DNA of 44,438 nt from Rhodanobacter sp. (GCA_036566165.1 DATCWU010000173.1:1-44438), one strand, 5' to 3'. Numbered from the stretch's first letter, positions 18,203-29,556 are shown. The notes: generated by a model from the letters alone, not told the origin. Program-made: numbers and translations.

Positions 18203-20236
18203 TTAGTGACCCGCGGAGTGCGTCCCGATGTTGCGGTCGAGGAAGTCCAGCATCTTGTTGTAGAGCTCCAGCTGGTGCGCGGGGACGAAGAAACCATGTC
18301 CCTCGTGGTCCTCGATCAATGACTCGTAAGCGATGTGGTGGGCATCCAGCGCCCGGGTGAACTCGCGAAAATTCCTGAACGGTACGCGGGGATCCTCCCG
18401 GCCGTGCGCCAGCAGCAGACTGGCCTTGATCTTCGCCACTCCGCCGAGCGGGGAGCGCCGCAACAGATCGGCGTAATCCGTGCCGAGCGCGCGATGCAGG
18501 TAGTCGACGCCGTCGTTGCTGCGCCGGGTGTCGCTGCTGCCCAGTTGTATGCGCAGGTCATACACGCCGGCGTAGCCGATCGCGCACCGGTACAGCGCCG
18601 GCTCGCGCACGACGCCTTCGAGCGCGGCATAGCCGCCGTAGCTGCCGCCGTACAGACACATCCGTTGCGGGTCGGCATAGCCTTGCTTGACCGCCCAGCG
18701 CGTGGCGTCGGTGATGTCGTCCTGCATGCTCAGGCCCCATTGCCGGTAGCCGCGTTCGATGAATTTTTCGCCGTAGCCGCCGGAACCGCGGTAGTTCACC
18801 TGCAGCACGGCGTAACCGCGGTTGGCCAGCATCTGCACTTCCGGCTCGTAACCCCACTGATCGGCAACGCCGTGCGGGCCGCCGTGCACCAGCACTACCA
18901 GCGGAAACGGCTGCGTGCCCGCAGGCAAGGTGAGAAACCCATGCAGCGGAAGGCCGTCACGCGCGGTGAGCTGGATCGGCTGCATCGGTCGCAGTATCCG
19001 CGGATCGAGCCAGGGTTGTGCGCTCAACAGAAATCGCGCGTTGTGGCTGGCCAGATCGAACAGGTAGTAGTCACTGCCGCTGCGGTCACTGATGGCGCGC
19101 ACGATGGCGTGTTTGCCGTCGCGGGTGAAGCTGGAAAAATAGACCAGCTGGCCGGGGAAGTTGCTGGCGATGGCCTTGCTGAGCTGCGCTTCCTGACTGT
19201 TTTCGTCGATGTAATGCAGGGCCGGTTTGCCGTCCGCGGTGATGATGGCGTAGTAGTCGTGGTGATCCGCGGTCGGCAACAACTCGATGGGGTCGGCGAA
19301 CTTGCCCTGGTAAATAGGGATATGGGTGCCACTGGCCGGGTCCATCAGCTCGATCGCATCGGGTTGGTCGCCGTGCGAAACGCGCACATACAGCCGGCTG
19401 TTGCTGCGGTTGAAACCAATGGGCTGGATTGTGGTACCCGATTGGGCCGAGTCGTTGCGCAGGGTCCACGCGTCGTCGTTGTCGCGCCGTGTCCACAATT
19501 TGGTTTCGGTGAACCCATCATGGGTCCACGCCACACGAACCCGACCAGCGTTGTCGGCAATCAGGCCGGCATTGTGCGCGGGCGCCACGCCAATGCGTAC
19601 ACTTTGCCCGTTCAGCACATTCAGTCGGTCGATGTTGGTCGCGGTGCCGTTGCGGTCGTTGGTGAAATCACTGGTCGCGATCAGGATGCGATGGTCACTG
19701 CCGATGGTTTCGCCGATCGGCGTGGCGCCGGCGTAGCGCTGGCTGTTGCGCTTGAGTCGCGATGCCAGCGTGCGGCCGCCTGCGCGGTAACCAAACAATT
19801 GCACCTGCCCGGTACCGTCGGCGTTGATCGCGAACAGCTCGCCAGTGAGTTGCGGCGCGTCCAGGCCGTTTTGCTTGAACGCACCGGCGGCGACCAGCCG
19901 CTCATTGCCGACCCAGAAATAGTCGGCGATCAATGCATTCTTGCCGGACGGGATCAGCCGCAAGACTGCGGCGGTTTGCCCGTCGAGAATCGCCAGCAGG
20001 TTTTCGTGCGGGTTCCCCGGTCGCGGCACGAGGGCGGACAGATACTTTCCGTCAGGCGAAATGCGCACCTGCGAAACGTCGGGCGGACGAATGAAATCGC
20101 TGACGGGAACAATCGACGGTGCTGGCGCGGATCTCGTGGTCGACGTTACCGCTGGCGTTTGCGCCACCGCGATGGAACTGCCCAGGCCCCATGCCAGTGC
20201 CACGATCCAGAGTTGCAATCCACGTTTGCCGTGCAT
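18203..20236 (-). CDS. S9 family (prolyl oligopeptidase-like) exported serine peptidase
   Basis: VHGGPHG, VNYRGSGGYG, GGSYGG (nucleophile), HGREDPRV and EGHGF motifs. Confidence 0.92.
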   Translation of the reverse strand: MHGKRGLQLWIVALAWGLGSSIAVAQTPAVTSTTRSAPAPSIVPVSDFIRPPDVSQVRISPDGKYLSALVPRPGNPHENLLAILDGQTAAVLRLIPSGKNALIADYFWVGNERLVAAGAFKQNGLDAPQLTGELFAINADGTGQVQLFGYRAGGRTLASRLKRNSQRYAGATPIGETIGSDHRILIATSDFTNDRNGTATNIDRLNVLNGQSVRIGVAPAHNAGLIADNAGRVRVAWTHDGFTETKLWTRRDNDDAWTLRNDSAQSGTTIQPIGFNRSNSRLYVRVSHGDQPDAIELMDPASGTHIPIYQGKFADPIELLPTADHHDYYAIITADGKPALHYIDENSQEAQLSKAIASNFPGQLVYFSSFTRDGKHAIVRAISDRSGSDYYLFDLASHNARFLLSAQPWLDPRILRPMQPIQLTARDGLPLHGFLTLPAGTQPFPLVVLVHGGPHGVADQWGYEPEVQMLANRGYAVLQVNYRGSGGYGEKFIERGYRQWGLSMQDDITDATRWAVKQGYADPQRMCLYGGSYGGYAALEGVVREPALYRCAIGYAGVYDLRIQLGSSDTRRSNDGVDYLHRALGTDYADLLRRSPLGGVAKIKASLLLAHGREDPRVPFRNFREFTRALDAHHIAYESLIEDHEGHGFFVPAHQLELYNKMLDFLDRNIGTHSAGH

Positions 20237-20348
20237 CCTTCGTCTCTCCCTGAGCATGGATGCGCACAGGGTGAACCGTCGAAGCGGGCATTGGCAAGTG
20301 CGGTGAGTGACCGCCGTGATCCGGCGTGAACAGTTCTGCTAGTCTCGA

Positions 20349-21821
20349 ATGATGGTCATACCGATGTTTCGCCGCACCAAGATCGTCGCCACGCTGGGCC
20401 CCGCCACCGACACCCCGGGCATGCTGGAAAAGCTGATCGTCGAGGGCGCGGATGTGGTGCGTTTGAATCTTTCCCACGGCGCGGCGGACGATCATCGTGC
20501 ACGCGCGGCGGCGGTGCGCACGATCAGCGCGGCGCTCGATCGCGAGGTTGGCGTGTTGGCCGACCTGCAAGGTCCGAAGATCCGCATCGAGACGTTTGCC
20601 GATGGCGCGGTGTACCTGGTCGATGGCGCGCCGTTTGTGCTCGATTGCCGCCCTGGCGTGCCACCCGGTGATGTGCATCGCGTGGGGGTCAGTTATCACG
20701 GGTTGCCGCAGGACGTGCAGCCTGGTGACGTGTTGATGCTCGATGACGGTTTGCTCGCCTTGACCGTGCTCGATGTGGTGGGCAGTGAAGTGCGCTGTCG
20801 GGTACTGATTGGCGGGCGCCTGTCCAACCGCAAGGGGCTGAACCGGCAGGGTGGCGGTTTGTCGGTGACAGCACTGTCGGACAAAGACCGGGAGGACATT
20901 CGCCTGGCGGCCGAGATTGGTGCGGACTTCCTTGCCGTGTCGTTCGTACGCGCAGCCGACGACATCCATCAGGCGCGGCGGCTGTTGCACGAGGCCGGTG
21001 GCAACGCCGCGCTGGTGGCGAAGATCGAGCGGGCCGACGCAATCCCGGTGCTGGGCGAAATCATCGACGCGTCCGATGCGGTGATGGTGGCGCGCGGCGA
21101 TCTGGGGGTGGAAATTGGTTACGCGGAGTTGCCCGGCCTGCAGAAAAAAATCATCCGTGAGGCGGTGCAGCGCAACCGGGCGGTGATTACCGCCACGCAA
21201 ATGTTGCAGTCGATGGTGCGTTCGCCAATCCCCACCCGTGCCGAAGTGCTGGATGTGGCCAACGCGGTGATCGATGGCACCGATGCCGTGATGCTTTCCG
21301 AGGAATCTGCGGCCGGGGCGCATCCGGACAAGGCCGTGGCGGCGTTGCGCAACATTTGCCTGGGCGCGGAACGCCAGTTCGAACCGAAGGAGGATCTGAC
21401 CGCCGCCGGGCACCGACTGGATCGCACCGACCAGGCAATTGCATTGGCGGCGATGATGCTGGCTGGCGAGCTTGGCGTGCGTGCGATCGTTGCCTTGACC
21501 GAATCCGGCGGCACCGCGCAATGGTTGTCGCGCTATCGCACCGCGATCCCCATTTATGCGTTGTCGCCGTTTGCCGATGCCCGTCGCCGCATGCTTCTGT
21601 TGCGCGACGTGCGACCAGTGGCGTTTGTGCACGAGGGGCAGAACTCCGCGGCCACCGCGCGCGCTGCCGTGCAACAGCTGTTTGCGCAGGGTCGCCTGGT
21701 CGAAGGCGATCGGGTCGTTTTGACACACGGTGACCGGATGGGTCTGGGTGGGGGCACGAACACGCTGAAGCTGTTGGCAGTCGGTGCCGGCGGCATGGTC
21801 GAGAGTCTGCGCGATCTATAA
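20349..21821 (+). CDS. pyk: Pyruvate kinase
   Basis: RRTKIVATLGPA, DLQGPKIR, AKIER, MVARGDLGVE and ATQML motifs. Confidence 0.97.
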   Translation: MMVIPMFRRTKIVATLGPATDTPGMLEKLIVEGADVVRLNLSHGAADDHRARAAAVRTISAALDREVGVLADLQGPKIRIETFADGAVYLVDGAPFVLDCRPGVPPGDVHRVGVSYHGLPQDVQPGDVLMLDDGLLALTVLDVVGSEVRCRVLIGGRLSNRKGLNRQGGGLSVTALSDKDREDIRLAAEIGADFLAVSFVRAADDIHQARRLLHEAGGNAALVAKIERADAIPVLGEIIDASDAVMVARGDLGVEIGYAELPGLQKKIIREAVQRNRAVITATQMLQSMVRSPIPTRAEVLDVANAVIDGTDAVMLSEESAAGAHPDKAVAALRNICLGAERQFEPKEDLTAAGHRLDRTDQAIALAAMMLAGELGVRAIVALTESGGTAQWLSRYRTAIPIYALSPFADARRRMLLLRDVRPVAFVHEGQNSAATARAAVQQLFAQGRLVEGDRVVLTHGDRMGLGGGTNTLKLLAVGAGGMVESLRDL

Positions 21822-21908
21822 CGCCATGCGCCGGGAGCCGGCTTCACGGCATGCGCATCCGTGGCGTTCTACACTCGCACCTGTCTGCCACCTGCTCCGG
21901 AGGTTCTC

Positions 21909-22349
21909 ATGAAATCCCTGTTGCGTCCCCTGCGCCAAGTGTTGGTATTCGCGGTCGCACTGGGGTGCGCGGCACCCGCGCTGGCGCAACCGCGCCAAGT
22001 GGATCAGGAAAACCTGTATCGCTACTGGATACTGCTCAATACCTCGGTGACGATGAGTGCGCCCAACAGTGGGCTCAATCTGGAGGCACCCGGCTGCGCT
22101 GCGGTGACTTACACCATTGGTTCCGACGGCGTACCGCGGGACGTCACCGTCGCGAAACTGGTACCCAAGAGTGATCTGGCGATGGTGGCGCGCAGCGCAG
22201 TAAGCCAGTTTCGCTATGGTCCGTCCCTGACCAACCGCGTAGGCGATCCCGTTTCCACCTATTACGTGGTGCCGTTCAACGCGCCCACTGACGCCGCGCA
22301 ACGCAAGCAGTTGTTGCAAGCGTGCGAGCTCCCGGGCTTTGGTGCCTGA
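21909..22349 (+). CDS. Exported protein with a TonB C-terminal-like domain
   Basis: Signal peptide; GCAAVTYTIGSDG...A.SAVSQFRY pattern of TonB-CTD-like proteins; no Pro-rich linker. Confidence 0.55.
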   Translation: MKSLLRPLRQVLVFAVALGCAAPALAQPRQVDQENLYRYWILLNTSVTMSAPNSGLNLEAPGCAAVTYTIGSDGVPRDVTVAKLVPKSDLAMVARSAVSQFRYGPSLTNRVGDPVSTYYVVPFNAPTDAAQRKQLLQACELPGFGA

Positions 22350-22468
22350 CCCGAGGTCAGGCGGCCAGCGCCGCGCAAAGTCTCGTATAATTGCCCGTTT
22401 AACCGTGCAGCCGTGTGGGCTGCACCAGCCATCGAGCCGGTGTGCACCGCCGCGCCAACGGAGTTGTC

Positions 22469-23479
22469 ATGAGTATTGAAGATCTCGAAAGCATTGCCCT
22501 GGCCATGGTTGCGCCGGGCAAAGGCATCATCGCCGTCGACGAGTCCACCAACACCATCACCAAGCGCCTGACTGCCGTCGGCCTGGATAGTACCGAAGAA
22601 GTCCGCCGCGCCTATCGCGAAATGCTGCTGACGGCGCCGGGTTTGAGTGAGCACATCTCCGGCGCGATCCTGTATGACGAGACAATCCGCCAGTCCACGC
22701 AGGACGGCGTGCCGTTCACTACGGTCATGAAGAAAGCCGGGATCATCCCCGGCATCAAGGTCGACAAGGGCCCGCAGCCGTTGGCCGGGTTTCCCGGTGA
22801 TGTGGTGACCGAAGGGTTGGATGGCTTGCGTCCGCGCCTGCAGGAATACGCAAAGCTGGGAGCGCAATTCGCCAAGTGGCGTGCGGTCATCAATATCAGT
22901 GAGGACAATCCCAGCTCCACCGCGATCGAGGCCAATTGCCATGTGCTGGCGCGCTATGCGGCACTGTGTCAGGAAGCCGGTCTGGTGCCGATGGTCGAGC
23001 CTGAGGTGATCATGGACGGCGATCACACCATCGAGGTCAGCTATGAAGTGCACGAAGCCGTGCTGCGCAGCCTGTTCAACGCGTTGTACGAACAAAACGT
23101 GATGCTCGAGGGCGTGATCCTGAAAGTCAGCATGGTCGTCCCGGGCAAGCAGTGCGAGGAACAGGCCAGTGTTGAGGAGGTGGCCGAGGCCACCGTGCGC
23201 GTGCTCAAGACCACCGTGCCGGCCGCGTTGCCGGGCATCGTGTTTCTTTCAGGCGGACAGAGCGACGAAAACGCGACTGCCCATTTGAATGCAATGAATC
23301 AGCTGGGTCCGCATCCGTGGCCGTTGAGTTTCTCCTACGGTCGCGCGATGGTCAGCGCGGCGCTGCAGCTGTGGGCCAAGGATACCCGTGCCAACGTTGT
23401 CGAAGCACAGAAAGTCGTGCATGCCCGGGCCCGCGAAAACGGCTTGGCGGCGCTGGGGCAGTGGAACGGCAGCAAGTAA
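22469..23479 (+). CDS. fba: Class I fructose-bisphosphate aldolase
   Basis: GKGIIAVDES, GIKVDKG, FAKWRAV, LSGGQS and SFSYGRA motifs. Confidence 0.95.
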   Translation: MSIEDLESIALAMVAPGKGIIAVDESTNTITKRLTAVGLDSTEEVRRAYREMLLTAPGLSEHISGAILYDETIRQSTQDGVPFTTVMKKAGIIPGIKVDKGPQPLAGFPGDVVTEGLDGLRPRLQEYAKLGAQFAKWRAVINISEDNPSSTAIEANCHVLARYAALCQEAGLVPMVEPEVIMDGDHTIEVSYEVHEAVLRSLFNALYEQNVMLEGVILKVSMVVPGKQCEEQASVEEVAEATVRVLKTTVPAALPGIVFLSGGQSDENATAHLNAMNQLGPHPWPLSFSYGRAMVSAALQLWAKDTRANVVEAQKVVHARARENGLAALGQWNGSK

Positions 23480-23587
23480 TCGCCTAATCGCCGCCGGTTG
23501 ATCGACCTGCACCGAACGGACGCTGCGGCGTCCGTTTTGCTGGGTGCGGCGAGCCATGGTGCGCAGCGTTGTCATCGGCCCATTAGC

Positions 23588-23614
23588 AAAGAAGGGCGCC
23601 ATGCGGCGCCCTTC
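23588..23614 (-). terminator. Terminator hairpin between convergent fba and OMP genes
   Basis: GAAGGGCGCC-ATGC-GGCGCCCTTC, followed by TTT on the minus strand. Confidence 0.7.
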
Positions 23615-23639
23615 GGTTGACAGCAGGTTACGGAGTGCT

Positions 23640-24236
23640 TCAGAAGCGGTATTCGGCACTGACCGAAATCATGTCGGTACTCAGGTTAACGTGCTGCTTG
23701 CGGGCGTCGAAATAGTCATAGTTGACGCCGAGGCTGACGTTGTTGCTGAAGTCATAACCGACGCCGGCACCGGCGTACCAGCTGGTGTCATCCAGACCCT
23801 TGCGAATCGGGTTCTCGTCGTTGCTCAGGCCGTGACCCTTCCACCCGTAGATACCGGTGCGTGCGCTGACGTACCAGTTCGGGCTGAGATTGAAGTGGCC
23901 ATTCACGCCGGTGGTCCAGCCGTGCAGCTGGGTTTTGCCGTTGGCCACAACCGGTTGGCTGTTGAACACGTTTTTCGGCTGAATGTTGCCCAGATCGTTG
24001 TAGCCGAGTTCCACGCCAAGTGCGACCGACGGGCTCAACGCCCAACGATAGCCGCCGTTGAGCGCATAGCCGGTTGCCTGATCGTCATAGGGTCCCTGGT
24101 TGATGGAAGTCTGGCCCACGTTGCCGCCAATGAACCAACCGCCGTTCTGGGTGGGGGCTGACTGTGCCGAGGCCACCGAGGCGGCGAACAGGCCGGCGGC
24201 CGAAAGCGCGAGGGCGAGCAAAGTTTTGTTTTTCAC
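23640..24236 (-). CDS. Outer-membrane beta-barrel protein (OmpA-like transmembrane domain)
   Basis: Signal peptide, alternating beta-strand pattern, GGYRW, GAGVGYDF and terminal EYRF. Confidence 0.85.
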   Translation of the reverse strand: MKNKTLLALALSAAGLFAASVASAQSAPTQNGGWFIGGNVGQTSINQGPYDDQATGYALNGGYRWALSPSVALGVELGYNDLGNIQPKNVFNSQPVVANGKTQLHGWTTGVNGHFNLSPNWYVSARTGIYGWKGHGLSNDENPIRKGLDDTSWYAGAGVGYDFSNNVSLGVNYDYFDARKQHVNLSTDMISVSAEYRF

Positions 24237-24716
24237 GAGGAGATTCTCCTGTTGTTATAGGCAGCCGGTTTGTGGGAGTGGATCAACGGCCGCCGGGGAA
24301 TGCGCTGTCCAAGGCGGGCAGCGACATCTCGCCCAGTTAGATGGCGCTCCGGCCAGATAATTCAATACTTATAAGTACAGTATTAAGAACCAGTTAAGAA
24401 ACGTGACTGGCTGCTGCACGCGATGGCGTTCGGTGCATGCACCTTGAACGGGTTGGTGCTAGAGGCAGGCTGATATCGACGTTGGGCGGATCAAGGCCGA
24501 ATTGACCCGTGGGCCTGAATTGGCCTGGTGGCGCGGTGTGATCGTGGTGCGGCACCGTGCGCCTGTGGGCGATCGGAGTAGGCGCCGGGCGTGTTGGCAT
24601 CGCGTGCCGCGCAATGGGGTATGGGTGGCCGCTTCAAGCCATGAGCGCGGACGCACGCGACAGCGGCATGAGCGATCGGCGACAATGCCCGCTTTGCCCT
24701 GACCGGAGATCGCTTG

Positions 24717-26726
24717 ATGACCACCCGCCGTGAACTCGCCAACGCCGTCCGTGCGCTCGCCATGGACGCTGTCGAAGCGGCCAAGTCCGGTCATCCAGGC
24801 ATGCCTATGGGCATGGCGGATATTGCCGAGGTGGTGTGGAACGATTTTCTGCAACACAACCCGGCCAACCCGCAGTGGCCCAATCGCGATCGCTTCGTGC
24901 TTTCCAACGGGCACGGCTCGATGCTGCAGTATGCATTGCTGCACCTGGCCGGTTACGACCTGCCGCTGGCCGAGCTGAAGCGCTTCCGGCAATTGCACTC
25001 GAAAACCGCCGGGCATCCGGAATTTGGCCACACCCCGGGTGTGGAAACCACCACCGGTCCGCTCGGCCAAGGCTTGGCCAACGCCGTGGGTTTTGCCTTG
25101 GCGGAGAAGGTGCTGGCGGCGCACTTCAATCGTCCCGGGCACGCGATCGTCGATCACCACACCTACGTGCTGCTGGGTGACGGCTGCCTGATGGAAGGTA
25201 TTTCGCATGAGGTCGCATCGCTGGCTGGCACCTGGCAGTTGGGCAAACTGGTGGCGATCTACGACGACAACGGCATTTCGATCGATGGCAGGGTGCAAGG
25301 CTGGTTTACCGACGACACGCCGGCGCGTTTCGCGGCTTACGGCTGGAACGTGATCCGTGACGTGGATGGTCACGATGCGGCGGCGGTGCAGCGTGCGCTG
25401 ACCCAGGCCACGACGCAGAGCGACAAGCCGACGCTGATTTGCGCGCGCACCATCATTGGTTTCGGGGCGCCGCACAAACAGGGCACCGAAGGCGCGCACG
25501 GCGCTGCGCTGGGCCGCGAGGAGGTTGCTGCCGCGCGTGAGCAATTGGGTTGGCACCACGCCCCGTTCGAGATTCCAACCGAGATCTATGCCGGTTGGGA
25601 CGCCAAGGAAGAGGGCGCGCAGCGTGAGCAGGCCTGGCACGCCGCGTTCGCCGCCTATGCCGCAGCATGGCCGCAACTGGCCAACGAATTCACGCGCCGC
25701 GTGACAGGTGTCTTGCCGGCCGACTGGGCGGAAAAATCCGCGGCGTTCATCGCGAGACTGCAGCAGGAAGGTCCCGAGGTGGCTTCGCGCAAAGCGTCGC
25801 AAATGACGCTGGACGCGTTCGGTCCGTTGCTGCCGGAATTGCTTGGCGGCTCGGCTGATCTGGCCGGCTCCAATCTCACCAAGTGGAAGGGTAGTCTGGA
25901 TGCGGCGGTCGGCGACAGCTCCGGCGGGCGTGGCAATTACGTGTATTACGGGGTGCGCGAGTTCGGCATGACCGCGATCAGCAATGGCCTGGCGCTGCAC
26001 GGTGGCTTCATTCCGTACGATGCCACCTTCATGGTGTTTTCCGATTACGCGCGCAACGCGGTGCGCATGAGCGCGCTGATTCCGGCGCACGCGATCCACG
26101 TTTACACGCATGACTCGATCGGCTTGGGCGAGGATGGGCCGACGCATCAGCCGGTCGAACATCTGGCCAGCCTGCGTTACATCCCGGGCAATCAGGTATG
26201 GCGCCCGTGCGATGCGGTGGAGTCGGCGGTGGCGTGGAAGGCGGCCATCGAGCGCAAGGGGGCACCCGCGTGTCTGGTGTTCTCGCGGCAAAACCTCAAA
26301 CACCAGCATCGTGATGTGCAGCAAGTGGCCGCTATCAGTCGCGGTGGCTATGTGCTGTCCGATCCACCGAGCACGAAATTCCAGCTGATCCTGATTGCCA
26401 CCGGTTCCGAGGTGGAGTTGGCGATGGAAGCGGCGCGCGCGCTGGCCCAACAAGGGATCGCCGCGCGCGTGGTGTCGATGCCGTGCACCGAGGCGTTTGA
26501 CGCACAGCCGCTGGAGTATCGCGAGGGCGTGTTGCCGGGTTGGTGTCGCGCGCGCGTGGCGGTGGAAGCGGCCACGGTCGACTTCTGGCGCAAATATGTG
26601 GGCCTCGATGGCGAAGTGGTGGGTATGACCACCTTCGGCGCGTCCGCACCCGCGGCGCAGCTGTTCGAGCACTTTGGCATCACCGTGACCGCCGTAATCG
26701 ATGCGGCAAAGCGGGTCATTGGCTGA
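24717..26726 (+). CDS. tkt: Transketolase
   Basis: [25 protein letters not shown] and [15 protein letters not shown] motifs. Confidence 0.97.
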   Translation: MTTRRELANAVRALAMDAVEAAKSGHPGMPMGMADIAEVVWNDFLQHNPANPQWPNRDRFVLSNGHGSMLQYALLHLAGYDLPLAELKRFRQLHSKTAGHPEFGHTPGVETTTGPLGQGLANAVGFALAEKVLAAHFNRPGHAIVDHHTYVLLGDGCLMEGISHEVASLAGTWQLGKLVAIYDDNGISIDGRVQGWFTDDTPARFAAYGWNVIRDVDGHDAAAVQRALTQATTQSDKPTLICARTIIGFGAPHKQGTEGAHGAALGREEVAAAREQLGWHHAPFEIPTEIYAGWDAKEEGAQREQAWHAAFAAYAAAWPQLANEFTRRVTGVLPADWAEKSAAFIARLQQEGPEVASRKASQMTLDAFGPLLPELLGGSADLAGSNLTKWKGSLDAAVGDSSGGRGNYVYYGVREFGMTAISNGLALHGGFIPYDATFMVFSDYARNAVRMSALIPAHAIHVYTHDSIGLGEDGPTHQPVEHLASLRYIPGNQVWRPCDAVESAVAWKAAIERKGAPACLVFSRQNLKHQHRDVQQVAAISRGGYVLSDPPSTKFQLILIATGSEVELAMEAARALAQQGIAARVVSMPCTEAFDAQPLEYREGVLPGWCRARVAVEAATVDFWRKYVGLDGEVVGMTTFGASAPAAQLFEHFGITVTAVIDAAKRVIG

Positions 26727-26730
26727 GCTG

Positions 26731-26788
26731 CTGCGGGAGCGACTGAAGTCGCTCCCGCAGGAATGTAGAGCGGACAGTGCCCGCTCTA
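26731..26788. repeat. Two adjacent palindromes (REP-like or bidirectional terminator)
   Basis: CTGCGGGAGCGAC-TGAA-GTCGCTCCCGCAG (26731-26760) and GTAGAGCGGACAGTGCCCGCTCTA (26765-26788), between convergent tkt and HAD genes. Confidence 0.7.
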
Positions 26789-27433
26789 TGCGGTGACCAT
26801 ACCCAGTAACGCGGCCAGCTCGTCCGGCGTGGTGGCGATCGCACTGGCGCCGGCTTGCTGCAGTTCCATGCGCGCGCCAAAACCCCACAGCACGCCGATG
26901 CCACGCACGCCGTTGGCGACAGCGCCGTCGATGTCAAAGCTGCGGTCGCCGATCATGGTCGCCTGGGTGGCTGGTACGGCAAAGTCCGCCAGCGCCGCAG
27001 CAATCATCGTGGCTTTTTCGCTATGTTTGCGGCCGGGTTCGGGGCCGTACAGGCGGCTGAAAGCGGCAGCAAACGGCAGGCTGGCAAGGATGGGTGCCGC
27101 ATGGGTCCGTGGCTTGCTGGTAACAACTGCCAGCTGATGGCCGGCGTGGTGCAGCCGGGCGATGACACTCGCTACGCCCGGATACACGCTGTACTCGCGC
27201 CAGCCGATGGACTGGAAGCGCTCGTGGTAGTGCGCGATCGCGGTGCCGATGCGTGGTTCGTCAAACCCGAGCAGCGGCGCAAAGCTGGCGTGCAGCGGCG
27301 GCCCGATCCAGCTGCGCAAGGCTGCCGGCTCTGGCAACGGGACGCGCATCTGCGCCAGCGCATGGCGGACGCAGCCGAGGATGCCACGCTCGGAGTCGAT
27401 CAGCGTGCCGTCGAGGTCGAACAGGCACAGCAT
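26786..27433 (-). CDS. HAD-superfamily hydrolase (phosphatase)
   Basis: FDLDGTL, VVTSK and MIGDRSFD motifs; 1-nt TGATG overlap with pgk. Confidence 0.9.
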   Translation of the reverse strand: MLCLFDLDGTLIDSERGILGCVRHALAQMRVPLPEPAALRSWIGPPLHASFAPLLGFDEPRIGTAIAHYHERFQSIGWREYSVYPGVASVIARLHHAGHQLAVVTSKPRTHAAPILASLPFAAAFSRLYGPEPGRKHSEKATMIAAALADFAVPATQATMIGDRSFDIDGAVANGVRGIGVLWGFGARMELQQAGASAIATTPDELAALLGMVTA

Positions 27434-28614
27434 CAGCCGGCCGCGCGGGCTTTCAACGCCGCCACCGCCGGCAGTTCCTTGCCTTCCAGAAACTCCAGGA
27501 ACGCGCCGCCGCCGGTGGAGATATACGACACGCCGGCCGCGATGCCGTATTTGTCGACGGCCGCGAGTGTGTCACCGCCACCGGCGATCGAGAAGGCGCT
27601 GGATGCCGCGATGGCCCGCGCCAGCGTCTCCGTGCCTTTGCCAAACGCGTCAAACTCGAACACGCCCACTGGGCCGTTCCACACCACGGTGCCGGCCTTG
27701 GCAATCAGTTCGGCGTAGTGCCGCGCGGTGTCCGGTCCGATGTCGAGAATCATCTCGTCTTCGCGCACCTGATCGACGGGTTTTACTGTTGCGGTCGCGT
27801 TGGCAGAGAACGCGGTGGCCACTACCACGTCAGTGGGCAAGGGTATGGCGGCGCCGCGACGTTGCGCGTCCGCCATGATTTTCTTTGCGGTATCGATCAA
27901 ATCCGGTTCCAGCAGTGACGTGCCAATCGCGTGGCCAGCCGCGGCAAGGAACGTGTTGGCGATCCCACCGCCGACAATCAGCTGGTCGATCTTGCCGATC
28001 AGGTTGTCGAGCAGGGTCAGTTTGGTGGATACCTTGGAACCGGCAACGATGGCCAGCAGCGGATGCGCCGGGTGGTCCAGGGCGCGGCCCAACGCGTCGA
28101 GCTCGGCACACAGCAGCGGACCCGCCGCGGCGATCGGGGCAAAGTGGATGACACCGTGGGTGGAGGCCTGGGCGCGGTGCGCGGTGCCGAACGCGTCCAT
28201 CACGAAGATGTCGCACAACGCCGCGTAACGCTTTGCCAGCGTTTCGTCATCTTTGCTCTCGCCGACATTCATGCGGCAATTTTCCAGCAGCACCACCGTA
28301 CCGGCAGCCACGTTCACACCATCGAGGTAGTCGGCGACGAGCGGTACTGGCGCTCCCAACTGGGTACTCAGCCACGCCGCCACCGGGGCCAGCGAGGCGG
28401 TGGCGTCGAACTGGCCCTCCTTGGGCCGGCCAAGATGCGACAACACCATCACTCGCGCGCCGGCATCGCGCGCTGCGCGCATGGTCGGCAGCGCGCTGGT
28501 GAGGCGTTGCGTGGAGCTGATGCGCCCCTGATCGTCGATGGGCACGTTCAGATCCTCGCGAATCAGCACGCGTTTGCCGCGTAAATCGAGGTCGCTCATG
28601 CGGATGATTGCCAC
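27433..28614 (-). CDS. pgk: Phosphoglycerate kinase
   Basis: [30 protein letters not shown] and STGGGAFLE motifs; GTG start after GGAG. Confidence 0.96.
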   Translation of the reverse strand: MAIIRMSDLDLRGKRVLIREDLNVPIDDQGRISSTQRLTSALPTMRAARDAGARVMVLSHLGRPKEGQFDATASLAPVAAWLSTQLGAPVPLVADYLDGVNVAAGTVVLLENCRMNVGESKDDETLAKRYAALCDIFVMDAFGTAHRAQASTHGVIHFAPIAAAGPLLCAELDALGRALDHPAHPLLAIVAGSKVSTKLTLLDNLIGKIDQLIVGGGIANTFLAAAGHAIGTSLLEPDLIDTAKKIMADAQRRGAAIPLPTDVVVATAFSANATATVKPVDQVREDEMILDIGPDTARHYAELIAKAGTVVWNGPVGVFEFDAFGKGTETLARAIAASSAFSIAGGGDTLAAVDKYGIAAGVSYISTGGGAFLEFLEGKELPAVAALKARAAG

Positions 28615-28808
28615 GGCGTAACTCCAGTAATATGTTGGAAAGATGATCAGACGGCGCGTGAACCGGCTATTGTCCGGGGCGGCGCGGATTGACGCAAACT
28701 GCAGTCCGTGCGCGGGCGGGCATGGCGCAGTTGCGCAGGCGGCGGCTGCGGCCGTTGGTGACTGGGGCGCGGCGCTCAAATCCGCGCATTGCACGCAAGG
28801 AGATATTC

Positions 28809-29465
28809 ATGACCAGTGGTTTGTTGCTGTATGACTACTGGCGCTCCAGCGCCTCCTATCGCGTACGGATTGCGCTCAATCTGAAAGGATTGGCCTACGA
28901 AACGCACGCCGTGCATCTGCTGCGCGATGGCGGGCAGCAGCACGCCATTGGCTATCGCGCACTCAATCCGCAGCAATTGGTGCCGTGTCTGCTGGATGGT
29001 GAGCGCGCCATTCCCCAATCGTTGGCGATCATCGAGTACCTCGACGAGATTTACCCGGACGTGCCGCTGTTGCCCGTTGATCCGCGTGGCCGGGCCCGCG
29101 TGCGGTCGCTGGCCATGGCCGTGGCGTGCGACGTGCACCCCCTGGGCAACCTGCGCGTGCTGCAGTATCTGCAATCACAGTTGGGCCTCAGCGAGGCGCA
29201 GAAGGTCGAGTGGTCGCGCCACTGGATCACCGTGGGGTTTGACGCGCTGGAAGAGCAGTTGGCCGACAACGTGACCATGGGTCGCTACTGCCATGGCGAC
29301 TCGCCAACCCTGGCCGATGTATGCCTGGTACCGCAGTTCTACAACGCATTGCGCTGGCAGGTGCCGGTAGAACGTTACCCGACGCTGTGCCGCATCCATG
29401 CGGCCTGTGTCGAGCTGGACGCGTTTCGACGCGCGGCCCCGGAGGCACAGGCAGGGGCTGCATGA
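28809..29465 (+). CDS. maiA: Maleylacetoacetate isomerase (GST zeta)
   Basis: YWRSSASYRVRIALNLKG, NPQQLVP and DVHPLGNLRVL motifs. Confidence 0.93.
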   Translation: MTSGLLLYDYWRSSASYRVRIALNLKGLAYETHAVHLLRDGGQQHAIGYRALNPQQLVPCLLDGERAIPQSLAIIEYLDEIYPDVPLLPVDPRGRARVRSLAMAVACDVHPLGNLRVLQYLQSQLGLSEAQKVEWSRHWITVGFDALEEQLADNVTMGRYCHGDSPTLADVCLVPQFYNALRWQVPVERYPTLCRIHAACVELDAFRRAAPEAQAGAA

Positions 29466-29556
29466 CCGGGACGGGCAACGGCTGAGGGGGCGAGTAGCCC
29501 AGGGCGACAGCGCCCGTCCCAGGCCCGGTGCCGGGTTTGGTTACGGTGTTGCGCGG

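Noticed and set aside
20234-20262. GGA hairpins around the S9 peptidase RBS as a second copy of the hmgA insert
   Set aside because: The stems are only 3 bp and GGA is explained by the Shine-Dalgarno sequence; there is no extended similarity.
24481-24494. Possible FNR box GTTGG-GCGG-ATCAA upstream of tkt
   Set aside because: Only one half-site matches.
29468-29520. Inverted repeat GGGACGGGC/GCCCGTCCC between maiA and pilU
   Set aside because: Short, with a long loop and no second copy; probably an ordinary terminator-like structure.
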